A stretch of DNA of 64,000 bases from Octopus vulgaris (taxonomy: Eukaryota), in contig OX597822.1 in assembly GCA_951406725.2 (NCBI GenBank), forward strand, positions 56,172,001-56,236,000, given 5' to 3'. The position numbers and the translations under genes were made by a program. Below are positions 1-14,084 of this stretch, one piece after another (position 1 is the first letter of the stretch; each line of letters opens with the position of its first letter). The notes beneath the pieces were generated by a model that was not told the DNA's origin, ran no database searches, and saw only the letters and a program-made list of their open reading frames with translations.

Positions 1-106
1 ACAATTCCGGTACCATATCAATTTACCATAAAACCATTCAAATTTAATTGAAAAGGATATGATACATGAGTGATTAGCGGGAATTCATACTAGTTGTAAT
101 TGTAAG

Positions 107-149
<43 letters not shown>

Positions 150-151
<2 letters not shown>

Positions 152-360
152 CATCATCGTTTAACGGCCGTTTTCCGTGCTAGCACGGGTTGGCCGGTTC
201 GACCGGGGTCTGGGAAGCCAGGAGGCTGCACCAGGCTCCAGTCTGATCTGGCAGTGTTTCTACAGCTGGATGCCCTTCCTTACGCCAACCACTCCGTGAG
301 TGTAGTGGGTGCTTTTTACGTGCCACCGGCACAGGTGCCAGAGGAGGCTGGCAACGGCCA
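150..360 (-). mobile_element. SINE/LINE-tail fragment with (GAT)n tail
   Basis: GC-rich island between (TA)n runs, catcatcat tail, and a ggatgcccttcct..gccaacc motif typical of metazoan SINE bodies. Confidence 0.55.
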
Positions 361-380
361 TATATATATATATATATATA

Positions 381-1172
381 ATTTTTTTCAGAATGAGATA
401 AAAACCAAGTCTATGAAGATTTTAGAACATTTATAAATAGAAAGTCTTACAGCTGTTTCCGGGAAATTTTATATATCCCTTCATCGGAGACGGTGTGAGA
501 AAATTGTTAAGCAATAGTTAATTTAGATAAGATATGAAATAGAGAGTGTAGTGGAGGAATGAAAATAAATGTGAGATATGCAGTGATATTGCATTTGTAG
601 ATTCATTATTTAGGCAGAATGGTATACATGTAAGATTCCAATACCTTGTGAGTAAATTCCAATAGTATTTAAAATTGGTCATTCCAAGTCTTCATCTCTT
701 TATTATCTCTCTCCTTATTTTTCTTTTTTCTTTTTTTCTTTCTTTTCTTTATTTGTCTCTTCCTGTTTTTTCTTTATTCTTTTTTTCTCTTTTCTTTATT
801 CCTCTCTTCCTGTTTCGATTTGATCTTACAAATACATTCCCTACTTTTAGGTCACATTACATAAAAACCATCAATTCAATAGCAGTGTACAAACTCTATA
901 CTTGGAATGAACACTTTTAAATACTATTGGAATTTTCTCACAATGTGTTGGAATCTTATATGTATATCATTCTGCCTAAATAATGGATCTACAAATGCAA
1001 AAACCCTGCATATCTCACATCTATTTTCATTCCTCCACTACACTCTCTATTTCATATCTTATCTAAATCTATCTATAATAAATATCCCGAAAGCAGGTGT
1101 AAGACTTCCTATTTATAAATGTTCTAAAATCTTCACAGCCTTGGTTTTTTTTTATCTCATTCTGAAAAAAAA
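381..1172. mobile_element. Penelope-like inverted pseudo-LTR pair (arms about 381-690 and 900-1172)
   Basis: The arms are diverged reverse complements over about 280-300 bp, the structure is flanked by (TA)n, and the left arm carries a hammerhead motif. Confidence 0.7.
444..491 (-). ncRNA. Minimal type I hammerhead ribozyme motif (U4C core)
   Basis: Minus strand reads gtct CCGATGA aggga..tccc g GAAA cagctg TA agac: stem I gtct/agac, palindromic stem III acagctgt, GUA cleavage triplet. Confidence 0.6.
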
Positions 1173-1353
1173 TTTATATATACACATGCTGAAATATGAC
1201 CTACGTTGGACTCCTTATTCACATAATCACCGAACCTGGAGCTCAACTATGGTCTGTTCATAGCACTTACTCGACATTACCTGACACCTTTGGCTTTCAT
1301 TGACACCATTACTTCTCATAACCCCTCTCTCTCTTTCTCTCTCTCTCTCTCCC

Positions 1354-1442
<89 letters not shown>

Positions 1443-2203
1443 GTATGTATATATGCGCATGAAGATGGCGTCGCATAGCTTCATGAATTATTCGACGCTA
1501 TTAAAAATGGAATTCAGTTTCGCTGTAGCAAATATATTTGCATGTATTTGCTTATACGCTTAACCCACGATGTATAGAATCTCTAGTGATTATTGTTCGT
1601 TTGTCATCTTCGTGAAGTAAAAGCCTGTCTCGAGCTACTAAATGCTATTCATATGGTCAAGAGGAAAATCAAGGCTAGCATCATGGCAGGATGTAGCTGT
1701 CAGAACGCAAAGAACTGGAGCACTTTCTGCATAAAATCCTGTCCTGTGCTCTAATAGTTTTGTCAATCCAAGGACTATATTGGTACTATCTTTACCGACA
1801 AAAAAACAATAGGTAAAATGCAAGCTTGATAGTGAAAAGATGTGACAAAGAGAGCAATGGGACGGGGCAAATAACGAAAGACATTCTTTTGAACGTTCTA
1901 CTAACTGTGCAAATTAGCCACCTTTTATTTGCAGACTTACACTATTTCACAAGATACACTGTTCAAAATGAAGAATTTGAAGATATACGGAAATACAGGA
2001 TAATAAAAATGTAGAAGTGTTGATTTACAAGTTTACAGAGATGTGAAAAGTGCGGCAAAATCGCCAAGGACTGAAATATGAATTTATATGAAAACAAATG
2101 ACAAGGGACAAAATCCGAGATAGTAAAAGCAAAATACTAAGTGCTACAAGTACAGAGATTGCCAAACATTATAGAAATATTGTGGTATACTATACACATA
2201 TGT

Positions 2204-2385
2204 GGATGCGCGTGGCTTAGTGGTTAGGGTGTCAGCATCATAATCGTAAGATTGTGGTTTCGATTCCTGGACCGGGTGACGCGTTGTGTTCTTGAGCAAA
2301 ACACTTTCACGTTGCTCTAGCCCACTCAGCTGGCAAAAAATGAGTAACGCTGCGATGGACTGGCGTCCCATCCAGCTGGGGAACA
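2204..2385 (+). mobile_element. tRNA-derived SINE
   Basis: Box A (tggcttagtgg) and box B (gtttcgattcc), followed by ttcttgagcaaaacac and gatggactggcgtcccatccag. Related copies at about 15881-16215 (+), 29480-29775 (-), 57520-57746 (-), 61163-61449 (-) and 61588-61830 (+). Confidence 0.75.
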
Positions 2386-3620
2386 CATACACACACACTC
2401 TCACACACACATACACACACATACAGACACACACAAGAAACGAATAAAGCAGAAAATACTCAAATACGAAATCATCATGCAACTTCTTTATTATCACTTC
2501 TTGTACATATTGGTCCATCTTTCAAATGTTCCAGTGACATGCTTTTCTTGTTAAAAAGCTCATTTTGCACCAAAAAGCCAGTATTAGAGCTTCTCTCATG
2601 GTATCTACAGTAAAGTTTGTTCTAATAGAACATCCACGTTTAGGTGGGGATAAATATTTGATTTTTTATAATAAGTGGCTGTTGACGTCTGCCTCAACGC
2701 TTGTACATTTCTGCAAAACAAAAGTGAATTGTACCCTACAATCATTGTAACAGCAATGTAACCAATTCCAGGAGAGATGATGAGATTTGACTCAGGTATT
2801 TGGCTGGAAAAGCAAAGCTGTCCTTTGTGATATTTGAACTTGGGACCCAAAGAATCAAAACGAATACCGGAGAGAATACAGTACGAGGCTCTTACTTTTG
2901 CGCCATTTCGCTTATCATCCCACACACAGCCGACGAAAATAAATCGTATACGCAGACACGACCAACACTTATGCACGATCACACACATACATAGATAGAC
3001 AAACGAACACACTCATATCACAAAGCACAAATATAGACAATGAGCATGAGATACACAAAGGTATTATATTATCGAATATGAAATGAATGACGAAAATAAT
3101 TTTACGTCTTGCATTTTATAGATATGACACTTAAATGTTAATATCTATTAATATAAATGCCCTCAAGTTCAAGCTAAGCAATCCTATCTATTATAGAAAA
3201 TTGATGCGATACAGCGAAAAGAATCATTATATAAATAGCTTAATAGAATAGATATCACAGAAGCCATGCCTAATGGTATAGACATGGTATAGACAGACAC
3301 ACAGACACACACACACATCTATATATTTATAAATATTTATAATTAAATATTTATATTCATACATATTTATATTATATATAAATTGCATAGATATATACCT
3401 GCATATATATATATATATATATATATATTGATAGATAGATAGATAGATAAACAGACAGATATATAGATACATAGAAATATTAACATATGTATATATATTT
3501 ATATATATATATTTACACATGTATATATATGTATATATGTATATGTATATATATTAGATATAATTATACATATATATGTATCTATATATGTGAAAAAACT
3601 ATATATGTATCTATATATGT

Positions 3621-4490
3621 GAAAAAACTACAGAAGGCTTGTTTTAAAAGGTTAAAAAATATATTTGAGTAATTATGTCAGAAGAATGTTATAAAATTTT
3701 TTCATACAGTGACATAGTTTTTGAAGAAATTACCGGTTTCGCGTTAACTTTTCAAATTTCTCAAAACATCGTGTTATGTCTTCGTTATGAAGTGTAAAGA
3801 AAAATGTGGTAGACCAAACTGCGCAACATGCCCAAATCTTCTAGAAGGATCAGAATTCCTCTTCAAAGAGGGACAGAAATTCAAGATCAAATCTAATTTT
3901 ACTTGTGCTTCTGAAAACATAATTTATGTCATAAGATGCTCGGGCTGCCACCAAAACTAACTGGGGTCCACGGGACTATCACTCAGACGTAGATGCACAC
4001 TGCATCGACAACAGATTGCATTCCCAGAATACAGAATGATACCCTTTAGTGAGCATATTGAGAAATGTGCAAAGCAAATACTACCACAATTTTTAATCTT
4101 TCCATTTTATCAATGCGCTATTGGAACACCAACACAAATTAGACTAAACAAGGAAACATTCTTCATTGAAAAATATAAGCCCAAACTTAACCACTCTAAC
4201 ATTCTTATACAGAGAAACTCACCCCATTAAGTAAAAGAGGCAAGAAATATAAAGCGATTATATCCCTTACACCGGAAGAAACCACTTATTACCTCCCCTT
4301 ACCTGGAACTCTTCTTTACACTTCATAACGAAGACATAACACGATGTTTTGAGAAATTGAAAAATTAACACGAAACCGGTAATTTCTTCAAAAACTATGT
4401 CACTGTATTAAAAAATTTTATAACATTCCTATGACATAATGACTCAAATATATTTTTTAACCTTTTAAACAAGCCTTCTGTAGTTTTTTC
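3621..4490 (+). mobile_element. 5'-truncated Penelope-like element: GIY-YIG remnant between inverted pseudo-LTRs
   Basis: 3621-3803 and 4311-4490 are inverted repeats. The interior (about 3805-4200) reads CGRPNCATCPNLLEG..FTCASENIIYVIRCSGCHQN*LGST..LRRRCTLH..RLNKETFFIEKYKPKLN, a PLE zinc knuckle plus GIY-YIG domain with one stop. Confidence 0.85.
3725..3761 (-). ncRNA. Minimal hammerhead motif with U3-A8 core
   Basis: agaaat TTGAAAA gttaacgc GAAA ccgg TA atttct: perfect 6-bp stem I and palindromic accggt stem III. A sister copy lies at about 4352-4387 (+). Confidence 0.55.
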
Positions 4491-4546
4491 ACTTTTTACT
4501 ATTTTCTATATATTCAACCACGTGCTTTCACACACCAACTTTCTCA

Positions 4547-4600
<54 letters not shown>

Positions 4601-4622
4601 AACACACGTACACATAAACGTT

Positions 4623-4669
<47 letters not shown>

Positions 4670-5021
4670 TGTGTGCGTGTATGTGCGTGCATGTGTGTGT
4701 GCGCGTTCGTGTTTCTGTGAGTATGCATGTGAGCGCATGATTATATGTGTTGGAAGAAATGCCAGAAAATAAAACAAAGCAAAATGCGTACGTAACAAAT
4801 AAGATAACAAATAATAAATAAGAAAAAGGTAGGAAATGGGGGAAAAGGGAACGATTCTCGTCATTATTGTCAAGTCAGAATCTGAGGTAAAGGAAGTAAA
4901 GAAAGTAGCAAAGAAGTATGATTAAGTGAGGGAGTAACAAGGAAGAACAGTAAAGTGTACGCGTAGGTGGAATGAATGAACGAGATGAATGTTGCAGAGA
5001 TTAAAGAAGGGTGATTTGTAT

Positions 5022-5248
5022 ACTCTTTTTTTTTTCTTGTTTCAGTCATTTGACTGTGGCCATGCGGGAGCACCACCTTTTTAGTCGAGCAAATCGACCC
5101 CAGGACTTATTCTTTGTAAGCCTAGTATTTATTCTATCGGTCTCTTTTGCCGAATGGCTAAGTTACGGGGAAGTAAACACACCAGCATCGGTTGTCAAGC
5201 GATGTTGGGGGGACAAACACAGACGCACAAACATATACACACGCACAT

Positions 5249-5296
<48 letters not shown>

Positions 5297-5451
5297 GACG
5301 GGATTCTTTCAGTTTCCGTCTACCAAATCCACTCACAAGGCTTTGGTCGGCCCGAGGCTATAGTAGAAGACACTTGCCCAAGGTGCCACGCAGTGGGACT
5401 GAACCCGGAACCATGCGGTTCGTAAGCAAGCTACTTACCACACAGCCACTC
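5022..5451 (-). mobile_element. SINE family A (tRNA-like head, internal (TA)n/(TG)n, LINE-like tail)
   Basis: Near-identical to copies at 18384-18808 (+) and 52020-52430 (+). Diverged or partial copies at 12188-12362 (-), 24958-25380 (-), 47140-47280 (+) and inside the 650-bp triplication. Confidence 0.9.
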
Positions 5452-5770
5452 GACATAAATTTTAAGGTAAGATGAAACAAGGAAACATAAACCAAGTCTT
5501 GCGACAATACATCTCTAAATACTCTCCGCATGCACGTTTATTTCCGCGTATATAAGAGTTTCAAATTTTGGTACAAGGCCAACAATTGAAAGGAGAGGAT
5601 AAGTCGATTACATCGATCTCAGAAGGGATGTAAGGTAAAATCGACTTCAGTGGCATTTGAACTCAGAATGTAAGGGTGAGCGAAATGCCGCTAAACATCT
5701 TGCCACTAGTGCTGACGATTTTGCCAGACCTAGAATTACAACACCGCATGTGTACCAATGCATATATGTG

Positions 5771-5863
<93 letters not shown>

Positions 5864-6232
5864 TTTGTAAATGCAGCCTGTTAGCCGAGCGTCGGATAGA
5901 TTGCTTTGCAATATGCACTAAAGCCAACATTTCAATCTCCCTGAAGCCAACTTTACATTTCATCGTTTCAGGATTAATTAAGGACCAGTTTTGTACTGAA
6001 CTCGATCCTTGTGTATCTGCGTCACATCTTTCAGAAGAGACGAGCGTGGAATACGCCAACAGTACTTCAGAAACCATATGAGAATATATCTGTTACGCGC
6101 GCGTGTGTGTGTGTGTGTGCGTGTGTGTGTGTGTGTGTTTGTCTGTCTGTCTGCGATCTTGCAAATAATTTGGTCACTTGAAAGGCGTGCTGTTCTCATT
6201 AACAGGTGAAACTAAACAACTGGCACGGTTAC

Positions 6233-6284
<52 letters not shown>

Positions 6285-6301
6285 CACATTTGTATGAATG
6301 A

Positions 6302-6335
<34 letters not shown>

Positions 6336-7959
6336 AATTTCTTACCTTGATTGATTCCAGTCTTTAAGAATGGTAACAAATCAATCCCAGATAGCTATAA
6401 TTTAATTTCCCTCATAATTGATATTTCATTCGCTTAAATCAATGCCAGAATAGTTTTACTGTCTCCTCGATTCATAGATGTGCCAAAAGAGTTAAATTAT
6501 TCACTATTCACAAACAATCAACTTATTGCACTCTTGTACAAGGTCTCACATATTGAATCTTTGAAGAAATAATGAAGAATGATATTAAAAAAATTGGAAG
6601 AATGGTCTCTCAACCTATTTATTATTGAGTTTATTATTTACTGACTTTTGACTTTGAAGCCGTTTAATATCAATCTGTCATTACACTACAATTTGGAGCG
6701 GTTTTATTCCATCAGCATAAATAGCTAAGCGACGAGGAGTCCACAAGCCAACAGAGGGAAAGATAAAAATCAGCGTGGGCGCCTTCAAGTTTTTGCGCAA
6801 TTTTGCCTGAAATTAGCGATCCAAATTTCATCGTAATTTCTTAATTAAACAATGATGAACCAAACAATGCATTTTTGGATATAAGAAACAAAAACTGAAA
6901 TATGGAATCTAAAATGTTTTTCCTCATAAATCATCTCGGTATAAAATAATTGAAACAGTGCCATTAGGAATGATTTGACTGAATAAACATTTCGACTTGT
7001 TATGCACAGAGAAATATAGCACACCATGTGCCCCTATGTAAATTACGTTTGTTAAGCATATATATGTATGTGTGTGTGTGTTGTGTACGTCATAAGAATT
7101 TAGAAACTTCGAGAGAACGTAAAATAATTAATTCGCTTTTATCAGTAGAATGCAAAGAAGATAAAGCATTAAATAATAGCGTACAAATATTGGGTAAAGA
7201 AAAAGCAAACCATTTGATAGAATAAGTCGAGGGTTCGCCGTGGAACTTAAACCCACCCTGTCAGTAACGATGACAGACGTTATACCATTGGACCAAAGCA
7301 ATTTTTAACAGAGAGAGTTGAAATTTGTGTACGACATAATAAATTAGAAATTCGAGAGAACGTGATATGATTATTTTTCATCGGTGTAACTCGAATAGAG
7401 CTATAAATAATATCAAAGTGGCAGGGACCGGGTGAGAATGTGGTGTGGGTTTCTGAATAGTGTGGGATGCAGGTGTTTGGCTAGGTTTGAGTGGAGATGA
7501 GTGGATGGGAATGTAGTTAAGGTGAGAGGGACGCGTGGAAAGTGAAAAAAATGGCAACATCAGTAAATAATACGTTGTAATAGGCGAGGAAAATAAAACA
7601 GGTACAAGTAAGAGGAAAAGCACAAAGTCTATAAAAAGTGGGAATTACAGGAAAAATGATAAGGCAGGTATAATATCTGATATAGACGGCTGGGCGGGAA
7701 AGAGTATGTAAAAAGGCTTGTATACAACGTGTATACCAACAAATACTCATGTATACATGCATGTATGTATTCATTAGTGTAAGTATACATACATACATAG
7801 GTACATACGAAAACTAAAAGAAGTAGCACATATGCTTGGACACAACAACCTCCTAAGCAAACCGCGTGCAGATATGAGCAGCATATGAGAACTGGTATTA
7901 AGAGAGGATAGAAAAATATTATATTTATAAGCCCTAAGGTTTACTCCATAATTGCCCAC

Positions 7960-8105
7960 GGGCATATGGCATAATGGTTAAGAGCGCGGGCTACTAACCC
8001 CAAGATTCCGAGTTCGATTCCAGTGACCTGAATAATAATGTAAATAATGTACATAATTCCTCATCTCTTAAATATAGAACTAATTATCTCTTAAATATAG
8101 AACTA
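7960..8105 (+). mobile_element. tRNA-headed short element with a partially tandem-duplicated tail
   Basis: Box A tggcataatgg, 7-nt loop ctactaa in a ggg/ccc stem, box B gttcgattcc. The tail atctcttaaatatagaacta is duplicated and is shared with 55770-55822. Confidence 0.65.
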
Positions 8106-9118
8106 TAAACATATAACCACCGCAACAAATACACTGTTCAGTATTTGCATACTTTCAAATATAAAACCACTTCCTATAATGACAGTCTCTAAATACTACT
8201 TAATATAGTGTGGCACAAAACACACCAAAAACACGTGATACAACAGTTCTATGACCGGTGCGGGAGAAATTTATGCTTTTATGCATTAATCTTCTATACA
8301 TAGAAGTTATTCAAAAGGAATATCGCAGTATTGCAGTATTCTTATATTGCATCCAGCCACATTAAGTTGGATTTAAGACAATACTGCCTCTATCGCTAAT
8401 ATCCCGGCTTGCTTGCTATGAGCAACACCTTTGACTGGATGCTCACTGTTTTTCAATATATCGGTGGAGAGAAGATTCAGCTAGCAGTGATAATGAGGCG
8501 CAAAATATGCCGAATTCACGTGATACAGCAGTTCCACGACCGGTGCGGAACAATTGCTGTCAGCCAACGGTGTCTCGATGCGTTTGTGTATTAAACTCCT
8601 ATAGAGGAGTTTTCTCCGGACGAATACCGCAGTGTTACGACGCTTTTGTAGTACGCGCACACTAAGTAGTATTTAAAAACTGCCGTGACTACAGAGACCA
8701 TCGCTTACATGCATAAGATCTCCCAGTCTTTTACCCGTCTATTATCTCCCCATCTCGTGCACCAATCAATTATCAAAACTAAAATTTGCAGCCTTCTACA
8801 ACGAACCACAAATTTACTTATCTAAATGAAATACATCTCATTAGTTCCATCTACGTAGCCCAAATACACACCACATACACTGGCCTTTGAAAACTACTCC
8901 AGTTTCAAATATTCTACAGAGATTATGCATACGGCCCTCTAACCCCCCCCACCCCAAACGCCCACTACTTCATTAAAATACACCCACGCTCTACTAGCAA
9001 TAAGTTCTACTGCTAACTGACATGTTGTGACTTCATAGACAAATATATCTTTCCTAATATTCTTTTTATCTATTCAATTTCCATTTCTTTTCCAATTTTT
9101 AATTCCCTATCCCTGAAG

Positions 9119-9167
<49 letters not shown>

Positions 9168-9630
9168 GCGCGCATTCACCCACATGCTCACCTACAAGCA
9201 GACGCATATACACATTCAGGAACACTGACACCGCTACAAAGAAATTCTTTTAAACTTCGTTTCTAAGATAGTTCTTTATATACTTTGTTCACTGTTCACC
9301 GCAAACCGACCTCGTCTATAAACAAGCATACGCAAACAGGCACATACTTAAATAAAACTATAACTATACAGGACAATGAAACGCTCATATTCTCTACGGG
9401 AAATTACGTACACAAAAATTAATAAATATGTCTAACAAAACAATATTAAGCTTAAAATAAGCTAACTTCCACCAGCGGCCACAATTGCAGAACCTCCTAC
9501 CTTACCACCGATTTATTTGTAGTTTCTTTAGTTTCCTCATTGTTTAGTCGGTTCTAAAGTTCCCTACTGGGATGAAAACTCTACTCGCTGCGAGGTTCTG
9601 AACCGCCCAGTAAATTTAATAACACGCATT

Positions 9631-9686
<56 letters not shown>

Positions 9687-11019
9687 AGTATATATATATA
9701 TACATATGTGTGTGTAATATATAAATATATATAAATATATGTATGTATATACATATATATATATAATGTGTGTGTGTATGTATGTATGTATGTATGTATA
9801 TATATATATATAAGTATATATATATATATGTATATATAAAGTATATATATTTATTCATTTATTTATTTATTTATTAGGTAGATAGATGGATGGATAGATA
9901 AATAGATAGATAGATTAATATATATATATATATATATATCCATATATACATACATATATTCATGAATACATATGCATACATAGATATATACACACCTACA
10001 TATATATATATACATATATATATGTGTGTGTTGTGTGTGTGTTTTGTGTGTGTTTGTGTGTGAAAGATGGGGAATTAAGGTGGAGCAAGATATAAAGATA
10101 AATTGATAAATATAAATATATATGGTCAAGCAAATAAAAAGTTTCTTTCAATGGAACCAAAAGTAATTTGAAGTTGCACACCAAGAAACGCTAAAAGAAA
10201 ATAAAGTTACCAACATAAAGGAGATGAAAAGGAACACACTCTCATCATATCTATATTCCCCTACACAAATCAATCGCTTTGTCATTCCGTTAAATGACAA
10301 GTATACATGTTCCATAGCAACATTAATAAGCATACACCATATAGCTTGGAGACTTTTGTCCGGATTATGGTTTCCCTTATAAATAGAATTATACAGCATC
10401 TGATGAGAAAAGCAATTATTTATTGAACACAGGCATGTTGGTTCTGATTTATAGAGAAAAGATAACGATCTTTATTTCGTATACACATATACCAAGTTTG
10501 GAGTTCTTGTCATACCAGCATTGAACTAAATACATGCACTGATACTGCTGCGTTGTTACGTTTAAATACATATACAAGAAATATTCATTCGCCATAAGCT
10601 GCATTTTATATACAAATTAAGTTATCAGTGTTGAAGAATATTTTATATTGCTCAGTGAAAAAAGGCATAGTAGCAATCATAACTTTTTAGGGCGTCCATC
10701 ACTGAAAATCTAAAGAAAATATGCTTAGAACGCGGGCTTAACTGGAAAGCTGGCAACAAAATAGACTCTACAAAAGACTCAAGAAACAGGTGATGAAATT
10801 AAACTATGCTCCATGCCCCTGAAAAACATGAAAGACAGTACCTCATGCGAAAATATATGCTTATATATGTACCTCCTTGCGACAATGTAGCGTTTAATCA
10901 AATCAAGATATCCTTGGCCTGAAGAGTAGCCGGTGGTATATACTTTTTGCCACTTCTGAGGTTCCACTCACTATGAAACATATGTAGCCCGGATTTCCCA
11001 TACTCCATTCAGTAACTGA

Positions 11020-12146
11020 TATTTATTTTTATTTATTTATTTTATTTTATTTTATTTTATTTTTATTTTATCTAGTTTCAGCTCACGAGCTGTGGCCATG
11101 CGGGGGCACCGCTATTTGGTGTTGCTACATGATTTTACTTCACGAATGCTTTTTAGCAATTGCCATTTGGTGCATGAGAGAGTTCGATGCAGCTGCCCTC
11201 ATCTGCACCTCCTGCTGTGAAGTTGGTTCATCTGGGACACCTGACAAGAAGAGATCCAGTTTTACTTTAAAGACATCTGCATCCGCCCCATGCAGGTCTC
11301 TCAGATTCTTCGGGAGGATATTGAAGAGCTGTGGGCCTCTGAAGCCCAGGCTATCATAGTATCTTGTCCTACATCTTGATGGCAAATTTGGAGTCCCTGG
11401 CACTATGCAGTGGCGCCCAGTTCTAGTATTTGTGTAACTCTCGATGTCAAAGTTTGGGACAAGTCCTTCTAGGATCTTCCAGATGTATATTATGGCATAT
11501 CTTTCTCGCCTACGCTCTAAGGAATAGAGTCTTAATCTCTTGAGTCTTTCCCAGTAGCTTATATGCTGCACAGAGGCTATCTTCATCGTGTAGCTTCGTT
11601 GGATCGCCTCAAGTTCTGTGATTAACTTGACACTGGATGGTGACCATATCTGAGAGCAATAATGAAAGTGGCTTAGGACAAGTGTCCTCCAGAGGACAAT
11701 CATGGTTTCCTGGTCTCTTGTTCTAAAGGTTCTAAGAATCCATTCGGTCAGCCGCCTACATTTCATTGCCAATTTAGCAAAATGCACATGAAAGGTTGCA
11801 TCATCACTCATGTAAATACCCAGGTCTCGCACTGATTGTGCCTCTGGGATTGCAATCCCTCCAGGTCTAGTGCATTTATTGGGTGTTGCATTTAGTTTTG
11901 CATGCTGATAGCATAAAGCTTGAAACTTTTCAGCATTGAACTGCATGCTATTCTTTTCAGCCCGCTTGTATATTTTGTCCAGCTCACATTGCAGGTGCAT
12001 AGTGTCTTCGGGGTTCTGTATTGCCTGTGAAACTTTTGTATCATCTGCATAACTTGTGATCGTGGCTCTCTGCGTAGCTGAGGACATGTCTGAGAGGGCC
12101 ATTATGAACAGTAGTGGTCCCAAAACAGTGCCTTGTGGAACACCGC

Positions 12147-12153
<7 letters not shown>
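11020..12153 (-). mobile_element. Non-LTR retrotransposon (CR1/L2-group LINE), 3' half: RT C-terminus, 3'UTR and A-rich tail
   Basis: ORF 11140-12150 contains SGVPQGTVLGPLLF, YADDT, RDLGI and LYSLERRRER; (ATAAA)n tail at 11020-11070. Confidence 0.93.
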
Positions 12154-12189
<36 letters not shown>

Positions 12190-12330
12190 TCTTGTATTCT
12201 TTTGTTCTTTTATTTGTTTCAGTCATTTGACTGCGACCATGCTAAAGCACCGCTTTTAGTCGAAGAATTCGCCCCCAGGACTTATTCTTTGCAAGTCTAG
12301 TACATATTCTATCGGTCACTTTTGCTGAAG

Positions 12331-12712
12331 TGCTAAGTTACGGGGGTGTAAATACACCAACAATATGCATATATTTTGAGCAGTTATAGGAAAACAGGAA
12401 AAGGGACCAACAGAAGAGAAGTCTTCCCGCAAACCACCATTCCCAACGGTGTGATTTCAGAGCTAGATCACATGTTGCTTTAATAAGTCATGCTCATTTC
12501 TATATTGCTTTTGGTGACCTGGGGACTCACACTGAGGTCACCAGGTGATGTGATATATATGTGCAGATGAATGTTCAAACTTTTATAGATATGTATTTGT
12601 GTGTGCGTGGTAAGAAGCTTGCTTACCAACCACATTGTTCTGGGTTCAGTCTCACTGCGTAACACCTTGAGCAGGTGTCTTCGTCTATAGCCTCGGGCCG
12701 AAGCCCGTCGTG

Positions 12713-12780
<68 letters not shown>

Positions 12781-13362
12781 CGCGTGTGTGTATTTGTCCC
12801 CCCTTCCACCAAGGCTTGACAAACAATGCTGGTTTGTTTATGTCCCCATAACCTAGCCGTTCGGCAAAAATGATTGATAACATAAGTACTGGGCTCGATA
12901 CATTCAACTAAATATTCTTCAGGGTGGTTCCCCAGCATGGCCGCAGTCTAATGACTGAAATAAGTAATAGATGATGTGTGTGCTAAGTTACGGGGGTGTA
13001 AATACACCAACAATATGCATATATTTTGAGCAGTTATAGGAAAACAGGAAAAGGGACCAACAGAAGAGAAGTCTTCCCGCAAACCACCATTCCCAACGGT
13101 GTGATTTCAGAGCTAGATCACATGTTGCTTTAATAAGTCATGCTCATTTCTATATTGCTTTTGGTGACCTGGGGACTCACACTGAGGTCACCAGGTGATG
13201 TGATATATATGTGCAGATGAATGTTCAAACTTTTATAGATATGTATTTGTGTGTGCGTGGTAAGAAGCTTGCTTACCAACCACATTGTTCTGGGTTCAGT
13301 CTCACTGCGTAACACCTTGAGCAGGTGTCTTCGTCTATAGCCTCGGGCCGAAGCCCGTCGTG

Positions 13363-13426
<64 letters not shown>

Positions 13427-14005
13427 CGCGTGTGTGTATTTGTCCCCCCTTCCACCAAGGCTTGACAAACAATGCTGGTTTGTTTATGTCCCCATAACCT
13501 AGCCGTTCGGCAAAAATGATTGATAACATAAGTACTGGGCTCGATACATTCAACTAAATATTCTTCAGGGTGGTTCCCCAGCATGGCCGCAGTCTAATGA
13601 CTGAAATAAGTAATAGATGATGTGTGTGCTAAGTTACGGGGGTGTAAATACACCAACAATATGCATATATTTTGAGCAGTTATAGGAAAACAGGAAAAGG
13701 GACCAACAGAAGAGAAGTCTTCCCGCAAACCACCATTCCCAACGGTGTGATTTCAGAGCTAGATCACATGTTGCTTTAATAAGTCATGCTCATTTCTATA
13801 TTGCTTTTGGTGACCTGGGGACTCACACTGAGGTCACCAGGTGATGTGATATATATGTGCAGATGAATGTTCAAACTTTTATAGATATGTATTTGTGTGT
13901 GCGTGGTAAGAAGCTTGCTTACCAACCACATTGTTCTGGGTTCAGTCTCACTGCGTAACACCTTGAGCAGGTGTCTTCGTCTATAGCCTCGGGCCGAAGC
14001 CCGTC

Positions 14006-14084
<79 letters not shown>

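Noticed and set aside
7960-8021. Possible tRNA gene (also the SINE heads at 2204 and 61588)
   Set aside because: Box A and B are present, but there is no complete acceptor stem and each continues into a repeat body, so these are SINE heads.
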